Positions 8,585 through 16,736 of a stretch of DNA of 39,208 nucleotides are shown here, one piece after another. Source of the DNA: Chlamydiales bacterium (lineage in GTDB: Bacteria > Chlamydiota > Chlamydiia > Chlamydiales > JBFIDQ01). Position numbers and translations under genes: made by a program. Within the stretch, counting starts at the first letter, position 1. Each line of letters starts with the position of its first letter. The notes beneath the pieces are model-generated. The model saw only the letters and a list, made by a program, of their open reading frames with translations. It was not told the DNA's origin and did no database searches. The stretch is from assembly GCA_041603795.1 (NCBI GenBank), contig JBFIDQ010000002.1, positions 1 to 39,208 of the forward strand. Direction: 5' to 3'.

Positions 8585-9066
8585 GTCACGTTGCACAAGG
8601 GAAGGAATTTGGAATCGTCGGACAATTGGAATGCCCGGAAGGTGCGACTCTATATGTGCAAGCGATTGTGAAGGATGATCAAGAGATCACTCTCGCAACG
8701 ATAGGGCTCACGGATCAAGGCGGTGGGAGATTCACCGGTGATTCGACAATGCCGGATCGACCGTGGATCCAAGCGATCCTCACGGTATATGAGGACGCCG
8801 CATTCACAATCCCTTCGGAAGATTTTTGCTCAATCACTCAAGTCTTCCACCGAGACGACGGTGGAGTCGGGACGGGATCCGGTCAAAAGGATGAGGAGAT
8901 CGCAGGCTTTGTCGCTTCTTCAATCATCAATGGCGAAGTGAATGGATCCGAAGATCTTCGGGGAAGAATTGAGATTGTGAATTTGATTGGGAGAGTGGAT
9001 ATCGCTCCCGTGCTTAAAGGGGATTTTGACTCCCAAGAATTAATCGGAATCGTTGAATGTGAATAG
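8581..9066 (+). CDS. hypothetical protein
   Basis: ATGA overlap with the upstream stop. The C-terminus has short I.G.V-type repeats. Confidence 0.5.
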   Translation: MSHVAQGKEFGIVGQLECPEGATLYVQAIVKDDQEITLATIGLTDQGGGRFTGDSTMPDRPWIQAILTVYEDAAFTIPSEDFCSITQVFHRDDGGVGTGSGQKDEEIAGFVASSIINGEVNGSEDLRGRIEIVNLIGRVDIAPVLKGDFDSQELIGIVECE

Positions 9067-9075
9067 GAGAATTAT

Positions 9076-9426
9076 ATGAGCAAGTGCAAAAGAGCGGACA
9101 AAATTAAAATCATTCAAGGGGAAGATCGAGATCTTGTCCTCAATCTTGTGGATGAGAATTCGGGAGAGAATTTTGATCTCACCGGATGGGCGGCTGACAA
9201 GGCAATTTTCAAAGCCGCGGACGGCACAAATATCGAGAAGATCGGTGGAGATGTGACGATCAATGCCCCCGCCGAGCTCGGCAAGGTGACTGTCAATCTC
9301 TCGGACACTGACACGAGTGCGATGGCGACATCCGAAGGCGCGTCTTTTGAGCTTGAGATCTCGATGGGGACGGAGACGAGGATCGTGCAATTTGTGGAAG
9401 CTCTTGAAATTATATCAAGACTTTAA
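9076..9426 (+). CDS. Ig-like / BppU_N-like small structural protein candidate
   Basis: AGGAG SD. The pattern IIQGEDRDLVLNLVDENSGENFDLTGW resembles N-terminal Ig-like phage domains. Confidence 0.4.
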   Translation: MSKCKRADKIKIIQGEDRDLVLNLVDENSGENFDLTGWAADKAIFKAADGTNIEKIGGDVTINAPAELGKVTVNLSDTDTSAMATSEGASFELEISMGTETRIVQFVEALEIISRL

Positions 9427-9432
9427 TCCGCA

Positions 9433-9461
9433 TTGACTCCTTAATGACACACTGATATTTA
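9433..9461 (+). promoter_or_regulatory. sigma70-like promoter candidate for the recombination/replication module
   Basis: TTGACT (9433-9438), then 17 nt, then TATTTA (9456-9461), located in the 65-nt gap before 9492. Confidence 0.3.
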
Positions 9462-9491
9462 ATTCGCTCCATTCAACTAAGGAGCGAAAAA

Positions 9492-10511
9492 ATGAGCAAA
9501 ATTTTCGCCGTCAATCCCGACGGCACACTTGCGCAAAAATCTTACACAATCGAAGAATTTGTCGACGCGGCAAATGGCACAACACCACTCACCGGAAGAT
9601 TCCGTGGAGTCCCAAATGAAGTATATCATCGGAGGCTCGCACACTTATCGAACACCGATCTCGGAAGACTTAATCGGTCAATCGAGCACTTCTTTGAGTC
9701 GAGAATCAATCCGTCGGAGCCGACATCCGCTCTTATATTTGGGAGCGCATTCCATGAGATCATTCTTGAGCCACATCTCTTCGATGCCAACTGGATCGAG
9801 ATGCCGGACTTTGCGGGGATCCCCGGAGTCACAAAGAAGGCGAAGGATGAGGAGTGGATCGCAAAGAATCCCGAAGCCGACAAGAAGGACATGCCCAAAT
9901 TTAAGCCGACTCCCGCCGTCACTAAAAAATCCCAAGAAGAAGCTTGGACTCTCGAGCACGCCCAAGATAAGACGATCCTTGCGATCGAGGATCTCGTCAA
10001 TCTTCGAGGGATGTCCAAGCGATGCAAAGAGCATCCGATCCTCTCCGAGATGCTTCAAGGTGGAGTCGCCGAAGATGTATTCCTTGCCGTGGATCCGGAG
10101 ACGGGAGTCCCAATCAAATGCAAGACCGACTTCCTTCACAATAATGGCGATATAAATCTCGACATGAAGAGCACCGTCGACGCTTCATTCTTCCAATTCC
10201 AAAAGTCCGTTGCAAATTTCGAGTATCATCGCCAAATGTCTTTTTATTCTCATGTGGTTACACTCGTCACCGGCAAGGCTCCAAAGCACAACGTGATCGG
10301 ATCCGTCGAGAAGAAGGCTCCTTGGAATGTCGCGGTCTATCGATTGGACGACGCTTCCCTGGAAGTCGGTGAATCCAAATGGAAGAAGGCACTCTCCACC
10401 TTTGCCGCCTATCGCAAAGAGAAGCAAGAAAATGGATCCGCTTGGGGAGGATATGCTCTCGAAGTGATCGACATGAATCTCCCGGCTTGGGCATTCAACC
10501 GGGAAGAGTAA
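9492..10511 (+). CDS. PD-(D/E)XK exonuclease (RecE / exonuclease VIII-like)
   Basis: Motifs GSAFHEIILEP, KCKTDFLHNNGDINLDMKST (a D..D.K core) and FEYHRQMSFYSH. Lies next to the annealing-protein candidate and SSB. Confidence 0.7.
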   Translation: MSKIFAVNPDGTLAQKSYTIEEFVDAANGTTPLTGRFRGVPNEVYHRRLAHLSNTDLGRLNRSIEHFFESRINPSEPTSALIFGSAFHEIILEPHLFDANWIEMPDFAGIPGVTKKAKDEEWIAKNPEADKKDMPKFKPTPAVTKKSQEEAWTLEHAQDKTILAIEDLVNLRGMSKRCKEHPILSEMLQGGVAEDVFLAVDPETGVPIKCKTDFLHNNGDINLDMKSTVDASFFQFQKSVANFEYHRQMSFYSHVVTLVTGKAPKHNVIGSVEKKAPWNVAVYRLDDASLEVGESKWKKALSTFAAYRKEKQENGSAWGGYALEVIDMNLPAWAFNREE

Positions 10512-10741
10512 TGGGTGGATGGCAAAAACTCGACATCTCAAAGCTCGAGCTCGGCAAGGAATATCAATTCAAGGGATCCGATTGGAGTCCCTTCACTTGT
10601 GTCGGGAAGATTGAGATGCCGTCCCCAAAATCCCCAAAGAAGTACCGCAATCGGAGGAATTTTCTCATCAAAAGAGAGAGTGGAGAATTTGAATCGGATC
10701 GGGACATTTTAATGGATATCGAAGAATATCGAGAATTATGA
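10511..10741 (+). CDS. hypothetical protein
   Basis: TAATG overlap with the exonuclease stop. The track ORF 10379.. is an upstream extension inside the exonuclease gene. Confidence 0.5.
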   Translation: MGGWQKLDISKLELGKEYQFKGSDWSPFTCVGKIEMPSPKSPKKYRNRRNFLIKRESGEFESDRDILMDIEEYREL

Positions 10742-10752
10742 TCAATTTTGAC

Positions 10753-10783
10753 AAAAAAAAGGGATCGTGAGATCCCCTTTTTT
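10753..10783. terminator. rho-independent terminator (A-tract / hairpin / T-tract)
   Basis: A8 tract, GGGATC stem, GTGA loop, GATCCC stem, C, then T6. Confidence 0.6.
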
Positions 10784-10816
10784 CCATTCAACAAATCTCA
10801 CAAAGGAGACTCATCA

Positions 10817-11647
10817 ATGAGCAATCAAGAAAATAATGCGAATCTTCCACAAGGTCAAGCTCTCGAGCACAATATTCCCGGACAGGATATGAGCCCGGAC
10901 GTCGCCCGAGAGGTGTCCCGAATGCAAGGGATGATCGTCTCGGCGAAGCGATTCCCAAGAGACGAGGATCTCGCACTCAAAAAAATCCTTAAGGCTTGCG
11001 AGAGGACAAAGCTCGCCGAGTCTTCGATGTATTCCTATGCCCGTGGTGGATCCGATATCACCGGGCCATCAATAAGACTCGCCGAAGCCGCGGCAAAGTA
11101 TTGGGGGAATTTGCAATATGGGATCCGTGAAATATCTCAAGAAGGTGGAGAGTCGGCAATGGAGGCTTTTTGTTGGGATCTCGAGACAAATACTCTCTCG
11201 ACAAAATCCTTTAAAATTCCACACAAGAGACACACTCGGAAGGGAGTGAAGACTCTCACGGATCCCCGCGACATTTACGAGCTCACCGCCAATTTTGGAG
11301 CTCGACGATTGCGTGCTTGCATCCTTGCCGTGATCCCTCAAGACGTCATGGAAGAAGCCACGGAGGCTTGCACAAAGACTCTCCAAAAGGGAGACGGGAC
11401 TCCATTTGCGGATCGTGTCGCCGGAATGATCGCCCATTTTGAGAAGTCCGGAATCACGCAAGAGATGATCTCCAAGCGGATCCAAAAAAATATCGAAGCA
11501 ATGTCGGAAGCGGATTTTGTCAGTCTTAAAAAGATCTTTGTCTCACTAAGGGACGGGATGTCAAAGCCCGGTGATTGGTTCGATTACGCAAAAGAGCAAA
11601 GCGAGGGATCACAAGATCTCACGGAAAAATTCAAAAAGGAAAAATAA
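10817..11647 (+). CDS. single-strand annealing recombinase candidate (RecT/Redbeta-like)
   Basis: AAGGAG lies 8 nt before ATG 10817, downstream of the terminator hairpin. Synteny with the exonuclease. Motif GPSIRLAEAAAKYWGNLQYG...AFCWDLETN. The family assignment is uncertain. Confidence 0.45.
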   Translation: MSNQENNANLPQGQALEHNIPGQDMSPDVAREVSRMQGMIVSAKRFPRDEDLALKKILKACERTKLAESSMYSYARGGSDITGPSIRLAEAAAKYWGNLQYGIREISQEGGESAMEAFCWDLETNTLSTKSFKIPHKRHTRKGVKTLTDPRDIYELTANFGARRLRACILAVIPQDVMEEATEACTKTLQKGDGTPFADRVAGMIAHFEKSGITQEMISKRIQKNIEAMSEADFVSLKKIFVSLRDGMSKPGDWFDYAKEQSEGSQDLTEKFKKEK

Positions 11648-11943
11648 TGGAATTTGAGACAAAGACAGCATTGATTGAATTCAAAGAGCTTGTGAAGAAG
11701 GCCTATCCGACCGCAAGTGAATTGCATCCAAGACAATACGCCGACTTAATGGCATTCTTCCTTGCCGGATATATTGACGGAGCTCAAGGATATCGCAAGG
11801 CAATATCAAAAATGAATATTGACGGAGCTCATTTACTTATGGGCGAGATCATTGAAGACACAATCAAGCAAGGGATGTTTATATCCCAATCGATGATAAG
11901 AGATGATTTTTCTCACGAGATTTTTAAGCAAGAATTAAATTGA
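11647..11943 (+). CDS. hypothetical protein
   Basis: TAATG overlap; 98 aa. Confidence 0.5.
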   Translation: MEFETKTALIEFKELVKKAYPTASELHPRQYADLMAFFLAGYIDGAQGYRKAISKMNIDGAHLLMGEIIEDTIKQGMFISQSMIRDDFSHEIFKQELN

Positions 11944-11960
11944 TTTAAAGCACAAAAAAA

Positions 11961-12013
11961 AGCCCTAGACTCGGGAGATTTAATTCCTTAATCTAGGGCT
12001 TCTTATTTTTTTT
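11961..12013 (+). terminator. rho-independent terminator candidate
   Basis: AGCCCTAGA (11961-11969) pairs with TCTAGGGCT (11992-12000) and is followed by TCTTATTTTTTTT. The loop is large (22 nt). Confidence 0.5.
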
Positions 12014-12089
12014 GAAGTGGCCTAAATATATTCAATCCGAATTATAAAGTCCATTAAAATAAGAGTAAAAATCTTTTTTAGGGGACGTC

Positions 12090-12812
12090 TTGAAGTGGTT
12101 TAAGCACTATTCAAATGCAACACACAATTTGGGATTATCGACAATCATCGACAAATTTGGCTTCGAAGGTTACGGGCGATATTGGAGATTTTTGGAATTC
12201 TTGTGCGAGAATTTTGACGGAGAATCGACCGATTTTAAAATAAGTAAAAGAGTGATTCGAGATATCTTACGCATTAGATCCGGGTATAAACTGGATAACT
12301 ACCTGGTAGCTATCGGCTTACTATCCGGTATTAAAATTATTAAAGAGGATAGCTCTTATAAAGTAAGTGCACCTATCTTGTTGGAATTAAAAAGTAGAGA
12401 CTTTAAAAAAGCGCGCCACGACCGCGCCACGACCGTGCCTAAGAATAAGAATAAGAATAAGAATAAGAGTAAGAAGGAGCCGACTCCCGCCGCCGCTCCC
12501 TCATCTCTTGTGACGGATGTCGTCAATTATCTCAATGAAAAAACCAGGAAGACATTCAAGCCCAATTCAAAATCCACAATTAAGAAAATTAATGCAAGGG
12601 CTCAAGAAGATTATTCTCTCGAAGACTTCAAAGCCGTGATTGACTTCAAATGCAAAGAATGGAATCACGATCCCAAATGGAGCCAATACTTGCAGCCGGA
12701 TACACTCTTCTCGACAAAATTCGAGGGATACCTTCAAGCGTCAAAAAAGAATGAAGCTCCGGATGATTTACTTAAAATCTTCGAAGATCACGGGGGATTA
12801 TCGAATGAATAA
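12090..12812 (+). CDS. replisome organiser / replication initiation protein (DUF4373-like N-terminus + Phg_2220_C-like C-terminus)
   Basis: The N-terminus KWFKHYSNATHNLGLSTIIDKFGFEGYGRYWRFLEFL and the C-terminus VVNYLNEKTRKTFKPNS..INARAQEDYSLEDFKAVIDFKCKEWNHDPKWSQYLQPDTLFSTKFEGYLQ match those family signatures. TTG start with AGGGGA upstream. Confidence 0.75.
   Translation: MKWFKHYSNATHNLGLSTIIDKFGFEGYGRYWRFLEFLCENFDGESTDFKISKRVIRDILRIRSGYKLDNYLVAIGLLSGIKIIKEDSSYKVSAPILLELKSRDFKKARHDRATTVPKNKNKNKNKSKKEPTPAAAPSSLVTDVVNYLNEKTRKTFKPNSKSTIKKINARAQEDYSLEDFKAVIDFKCKEWNHDPKWSQYLQPDTLFSTKFEGYLQASKKNEAPDDLLKIFEDHGGLSNE
12412..12435. repeat. perfect tandem duplication of an 11-mer, CGCGCCACGAC x2 (+CG)
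   Basis: Read directly: 12412-12422 is identical to 12423-12433. This is a GC-rich island at the boundary of the AT-rich N-terminal domain. Confidence 0.9.
12441..12476. repeat. hexanucleotide microsatellite (AAGAAT)4 AAGAGT AAGAAG
   Basis: Read directly. It encodes the NKNKNKNKSKK linker of the replisome organiser. Confidence 0.9.
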
Positions 12813-13623
12813 GATCCAAGACGCACACATGAGCCACAACGAGCTCAAAGATATCGCCGAAGAGAATGCGCATGAATATATCAAAAGCGGATTCGAATTC
12901 ATTCGAGCACACAATGGGCTCCGTCCTGGATGCGTGCATTTATTCCTTGGGACATCCGGATCCGGGAAGTCCACCGTCGTCCGGAAGATAATTCTCGACT
13001 CCGCGGATGAGCACACAATCCTCGTGTGGCAATCCGAAGAGACTCGAGAGGACTTTGTGACATCACTCGTCAAGAGCTACCCGAAGCCCGAAGTCGCTCG
13101 AAATATCAAGATTGTCTCGGAATTTGGATTGGGAGAGGATGTCGTCCAAAGCCCTCAAGCTGTCTTCCAAAAATATGCGGAGACGGTCAAAGCTTTAAAT
13201 CCTAGGGCCGTCTTCTTCGACAATATCACAACGAGTCGAATGTATATGGGCCTCCGTCCAAACGAGCAAGATGCAATGGCGTGGAAGATCAAAGAGCTCC
13301 ATGAGTCCACCGACATTCCCGTGCTTATAATTGCTCACACGAGAGCGGACGTGACGGATTCGGCGGCAAGACTTATCGAAGATACCGACATCCGGGGATC
13401 CAAATCGATCGCAAATCTCGCGCCATATTTATACATCTTCCAAAGATTTGAGATTGACGATCACGTCTTCCCGACGATACGAGTAAGAAAATCAAGGAAG
13501 CATCAAGTCGCGAATAAACTCTTCCGATTGATTTATTCAAAAGAGAAGAATGCCTATGTCAAAGATCTCGAGCTCCCATTCAAAGAATTCAAAGAAGCAT
13601 TTTCAAAAAGGAATCGACTATGA
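12805..13623 (+). CDS. P-loop ATPase, DnaB/RepA-like replicative helicase candidate
   Basis: Walker A LFLGTSGSGKST and Walker B-like AVFFDNIT, plus IIAHTRAD. ATG 12805 overlaps the end of the organiser gene by 8 nt. The track ORF 12640.. is an upstream extension. Confidence 0.6.
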   Translation: MNKIQDAHMSHNELKDIAEENAHEYIKSGFEFIRAHNGLRPGCVHLFLGTSGSGKSTVVRKIILDSADEHTILVWQSEETREDFVTSLVKSYPKPEVARNIKIVSEFGLGEDVVQSPQAVFQKYAETVKALNPRAVFFDNITTSRMYMGLRPNEQDAMAWKIKELHESTDIPVLIIAHTRADVTDSAARLIEDTDIRGSKSIANLAPYLYIFQRFEIDDHVFPTIRVRKSRKHQVANKLFRLIYSKEKNAYVKDLELPFKEFKEAFSKRNRL

Positions 13624-14204
13624 GCAAAATTGAGATGAGACACATCGAAGATATCAATCAAATGGATTCCGGAGCGTATTCAATTCATTTTAATAATGGA
13701 CGCGCTCCGATATGTCTTCGCGACAAAGAGAAGGTCGAAGATCTCATTTTGAAGCTTCGAGCATATCGCCGCGCCGAAGCGGATCCCCAAGATCGAATCA
13801 TCGGCGGGATTGACTCGATCAATGAGTGTGGCATTTGGGATCTCGACAAGGAGAAGGAGGCCCTCAAATCCACCATGACTTTGAGGGAGCTTAAAAAATG
13901 GCGCGATTTGGGCGAGAATGAGCTCTCATTCCTTCTCAAATTGTCCGACTTGAATGATTACTCGGACTCAATTGTCGACGGCTTAAAAGCGAAATATGAG
14001 GCTCTCGTCGAGACGATCCAATCGAGCCCGGACGTGATCAAGTCCGATCAATTCACGATTGAGGAATTGGACACTCTCAAAAACATGTTAAAAATCATCA
14101 AAGAATTGAGTGAGACGTCGCGTCGATTTGGGACGGCGACTCTCTCGATATTAAATAAATGGATTCCAGACTATTCAACAAAGGAGCAAGAAAATGAGCA
14201 TTAA
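13620..14204 (+). CDS. hypothetical acidic protein
   Basis: ATGA overlap; 194 aa; no recognised motif. Confidence 0.5.
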   Translation: MSKIEMRHIEDINQMDSGAYSIHFNNGRAPICLRDKEKVEDLILKLRAYRRAEADPQDRIIGGIDSINECGIWDLDKEKEALKSTMTLRELKKWRDLGENELSFLLKLSDLNDYSDSIVDGLKAKYEALVETIQSSPDVIKSDQFTIEELDTLKNMLKIIKELSETSRRFGTATLSILNKWIPDYSTKEQENEH

Positions 14205-14222
14205 AAAAGCAAGGAGAATGAA

Positions 14223-14630
14223 ATGAGTGGAGTGAATAAAGTGATCGTCTTGGGACGATTGGGACAAGATCCCAAATTGGATTACACCACATTGGGGACA
14301 CCTTATTGCAAGATGTCCGTCGCGGTGTCCAAGAAGACAAAAAAAGGTGAGCACACGGAATGGATCAAAATTACTTGCTGGGAGAAGACCGCCGAGCTCG
14401 CGAATCAATATCTCAAAAAAGGATCCCAAGTGTATTTTGAAGGAGAGCTCAAGACGAGCACTTATGAGAAGAATGGGGAGAAGAGATATTCCACCGAAGT
14501 GAATGCTTATGTGATGCAATTCATCGGAGGCAAAGAGCCGGGACAAGCCCAATCAAAAGGCTTCGATCACGACTCTCCCGCAAATCAAAAGCTCGACGAG
14601 TCGTTCACTGTCGATGACGTTCCGTTTTGA
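14223..14630 (+). CDS. ssb: single-stranded DNA-binding protein
   Basis: OB-fold signature MSGVNKVIVLGRLGQDPKL...W..I.CW.K.AE....YLKKGS.VYFEGEL.T and the acidic C-terminal tip DDVPF. AAGGAG SD. Confidence 0.9.
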   Translation: MSGVNKVIVLGRLGQDPKLDYTTLGTPYCKMSVAVSKKTKKGEHTEWIKITCWEKTAELANQYLKKGSQVYFEGELKTSTYEKNGEKRYSTEVNAYVMQFIGGKEPGQAQSKGFDHDSPANQKLDESFTVDDVPF

Positions 14631-15493
14631 GTCGCGTCATGGAGAAAATGAATGTGCTCGATCTTTTTTCTGGAATAGGTGGATTTTCTCTTGGGCTTGA
14701 GCGGGCCGGAATGAAGACGATCGCCTTTTGTGAAATGGATCAAAATTGCCAAAAAGTATTAAAAAAACATTGGCCGGACGTCCCAATATTTGACGATGTG
14801 AAAAAATTAAAATGGAGCGAGAGAGGGACGCCAATTGATGTCATTTGCGGTGGATTCCCTTGTCAAGACATATCAGTCGCCGGGAAAAAAGTCGGCATCA
14901 AAGGAGAGAGAAGTGGACTATGGAAGGAATTTAAAAGGCTTATTAAAGAGATTGAGCCACGATATGCCATTATTGAAAATGTGCCCAATCTCCGCAATCT
15001 CGGGCTTGCGAGAGTCCTCAAAGATTTGTGGGCGCTCGGGTATGACACGGAATGGCATATTATATCTGCTCGCTCCATTGGTGCACCACACCTCCGAGAG
15101 AGATTGTGGATTATTGCCTACCCCAAAAGCAATGGAGGTGCAAGAGACTCCGGGGATATACTTGGAGAGAAAAAAAAGGAATCCAAAATTAGGGGGCCCG
15201 AGTCTTACGGTAGCAGCACAAATGAGATCTCTTCCAACACCTACAACCTTCGATGCTGGAAGCCCTTTGCCTCCACGGAAGAAGCATCCCGGTGGTGGTC
15301 AAAAGCCGCCGCTCGTGTCGGTTATTGGGAAGAAGCTCAATCCTACATTTGTGGAGTGGATGATGGGGTATCCGGAAAATTGGACAAAATTCGTCGATCA
15401 AGAGTAAAAATGCTTGGCAATAGTGTATTGCCACAAATTCCCCAATTAATCGGGGAGGCCATTATAAATTATGAGGAAAAACTTTTGCAATAA
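14627..15493 (+). CDS. DNA (cytosine-5)-methyltransferase (see the finding on split-frame motifs)
   Basis: Motif I DLFSGIGGF, IV GGFPCQDIS, VI ENVPNL, VIII GAPHLRERLWIIA, X KMLGNSVLPQIPQLIGEAI. TTG 14627 overlaps the ssb stop (TTGA); ATGs at 14639 and 14648 are alternative starts. Confidence 0.75.
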   Translation: MSRVMEKMNVLDLFSGIGGFSLGLERAGMKTIAFCEMDQNCQKVLKKHWPDVPIFDDVKKLKWSERGTPIDVICGGFPCQDISVAGKKVGIKGERSGLWKEFKRLIKEIEPRYAIIENVPNLRNLGLARVLKDLWALGYDTEWHIISARSIGAPHLRERLWIIAYPKSNGGARDSGDILGEKKKESKIRGPESYGSSTNEISSNTYNLRCWKPFASTEEASRWWSKAAARVGYWEEAQSYICGVDDGVSGKLDKIRRSRVKMLGNSVLPQIPQLIGEAIINYEEKLLQ

Positions 15494-15517
15494 TGCAAAA
15501 CAACAAAGGAAAAATCG

Positions 15518-15877
15518 ATGAGCAAAAACAATGAAATGGAAGTAAATTTTAAGGGACTCCCGAAGCAAGATCCAATGGTGAGAGCCCTTGATCTTATTGA
15601 GAGGACTCAAGGCGATTTTAAGAATGCTTATGCCGAAGCAAAAATGCACGCGGTATCAAGAGCAAAGATTGACACGATCATGATGCGTCAAGAATTAAGA
15701 ATCAAAAATCTTCAAGACTTAATCTCGGATGCATTGGAGAGAGGCTTCTTGATTCCGGAATTAAAAGCGGCGGCGGCGGGATTCCCTCCAAAAGCAAGAG
15801 AAGTCCGTCTCGATCAAGAAGCCGATGGCCCGGTCGACCGAAGCCCGGAAGCCGATGCCGGTGGAGTGCCACATTAA
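15518..15877 (+). CDS. hypothetical protein
   Basis: AAAGGA SD; 119 aa. Confidence 0.5.
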   Translation: MSKNNEMEVNFKGLPKQDPMVRALDLIERTQGDFKNAYAEAKMHAVSRAKIDTIMMRQELRIKNLQDLISDALERGFLIPELKAAAAGFPPKAREVRLDQEADGPVDRSPEADAGGVPH

Positions 15878-16331
15878 TAATATAATTCTTGAAGGAGGGG
15901 AGATCTTAATTCGAGACTTCCCTCTCCCTCCTTCTTCAAATTCATTATATCGGAATATTAAAAATGGACGCGCCGGACAATTGGGACGAGCGAAGACGGA
16001 AAAATATAAGCTATATTGCGACGATGTCGCGATGTGGGCGATTGTCCACGGCAAGACACTCAAGCGGACGAGATCCGAAGTCAATGATTTGCTTTTGATT
16101 CACAAGACTCTCCAAATCGACGCGACATTTTGCATTGCGGAGAGTCGGTGCTATTCAAAAGACGGTAAGATCAAAAAGATCGACACCTTCAATCACATCA
16201 AAGCCCTTCATGATCAATTATCGGAAGTGCTTTGGGTGGATGATCGATTCTTTTGGGACGGCAACGTGAGAAGACAGCCATGCGACAAGAAGAGCGAGCG
16301 CGTGATTATACGCATTAAGGGGAGGCAATAA
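15855..16331 (+). CDS. rusA: RusA-like Holliday junction resolvase
   Basis: Motifs LPPSSNSLYRNIKNGR...KTEKYKLY and IDTFNHIKALHDQLSEVLWVDDRFF (the D.DN..K..D...DD pattern). The start could be 15825 or 15855. Confidence 0.65.
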   Translation: MPVECHINNIILEGGEILIRDFPLPPSSNSLYRNIKNGRAGQLGRAKTEKYKLYCDDVAMWAIVHGKTLKRTRSEVNDLLLIHKTLQIDATFCIAESRCYSKDGKIKKIDTFNHIKALHDQLSEVLWVDDRFFWDGNVRRQPCDKKSERVIIRIKGRQ

Positions 16332-16462
16332 TGGAAGACTTTTTTATTTGGTTCGACAATCTCCCGGTGTGTATATTCCCCTCATTCTTGATCGGAGTGG
16401 TGGTGGTGATATCCCTTGGGGAGATATATCAAGAGATCAAAAATTCCTCCATTGACGAGTAG
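16331..16462 (+). CDS. small membrane protein (43 aa), below the ORF-track cutoff
   Basis: TAATG overlap with the rusA stop. Sequence MEDFFIWFDNLPVCIFPSFLIGVVVVISLGEIYQEIKNSSIDE with one TM segment. Confidence 0.35.
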   Translation: MEDFFIWFDNLPVCIFPSFLIGVVVVISLGEIYQEIKNSSIDE

Positions 16463-16517
16463 ACCGGCACAACGCTCGATCCCTTGATTCATTCCGGGGA
16501 TCCGTCACAATAATAGC

Positions 16518-16736
16518 GTGGCTCACAAAAAAGACCGGAATCGAGACATCAAAAAGCCGATCCCCAATCGCGAAGAAGCGAAGTGGAGGGATTGTCTTCG
16601 ATGTGATATTCCCTTCTATTCCTTCAATTTTGAATGTCGCATGTGCGATGAGTGTCGCGGTGAAGTATATTGCGACGACAAGATCGAGCTCGACTTTGAG
16701 CTCATGCTCGACACGGCAAAAAATCCCAAGGGATGA
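16518..16736 (+). CDS. zinc-ribbon protein candidate
   Basis: GTG start. Cys pairs CLRC...CRMCDEC. Last + strand ORF before the bidirectional terminator. Confidence 0.4.
   Translation: MAHKKDRNRDIKKPIPNREEAKWRDCLRCDIPFYSFNFECRMCDECRGEVYCDDKIELDFELMLDTAKNPKG

Noticed and set aside
10748-10816. N-terminal extension of the annealing-protein ORF. Analogous upstream extensions are reported by the track at 5479, 10379, 11575, 12640, 19377, 19463 and 22304.
   Set aside because: The extensions run through a terminator hairpin or through the preceding gene. Internal ATGs with SDs or TAATG/ATGA start-stop overlaps give more plausible starts.
12441-12476. Short tandem repeats were considered as a CRISPR-like or mobile-element signature.
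   Set aside because: These are contiguous 6-nt units without spacers, in frame within a coding linker. There are no cas genes, transposase or terminal inverted repeats anywhere in the window.
15170-15177. The A8 run forms A_AAA_AAG in the MTase frame, the dnaX-type -1 slippery heptamer.
   Set aside because: A -1 shift here reaches TAG at 15190-15192 after five codons and does not enter the frame carrying the LPTP/EWMMG signatures. That frame requires a +1 shift. The run is kept only as a possible transcriptional-slippage site in the MTase finding.
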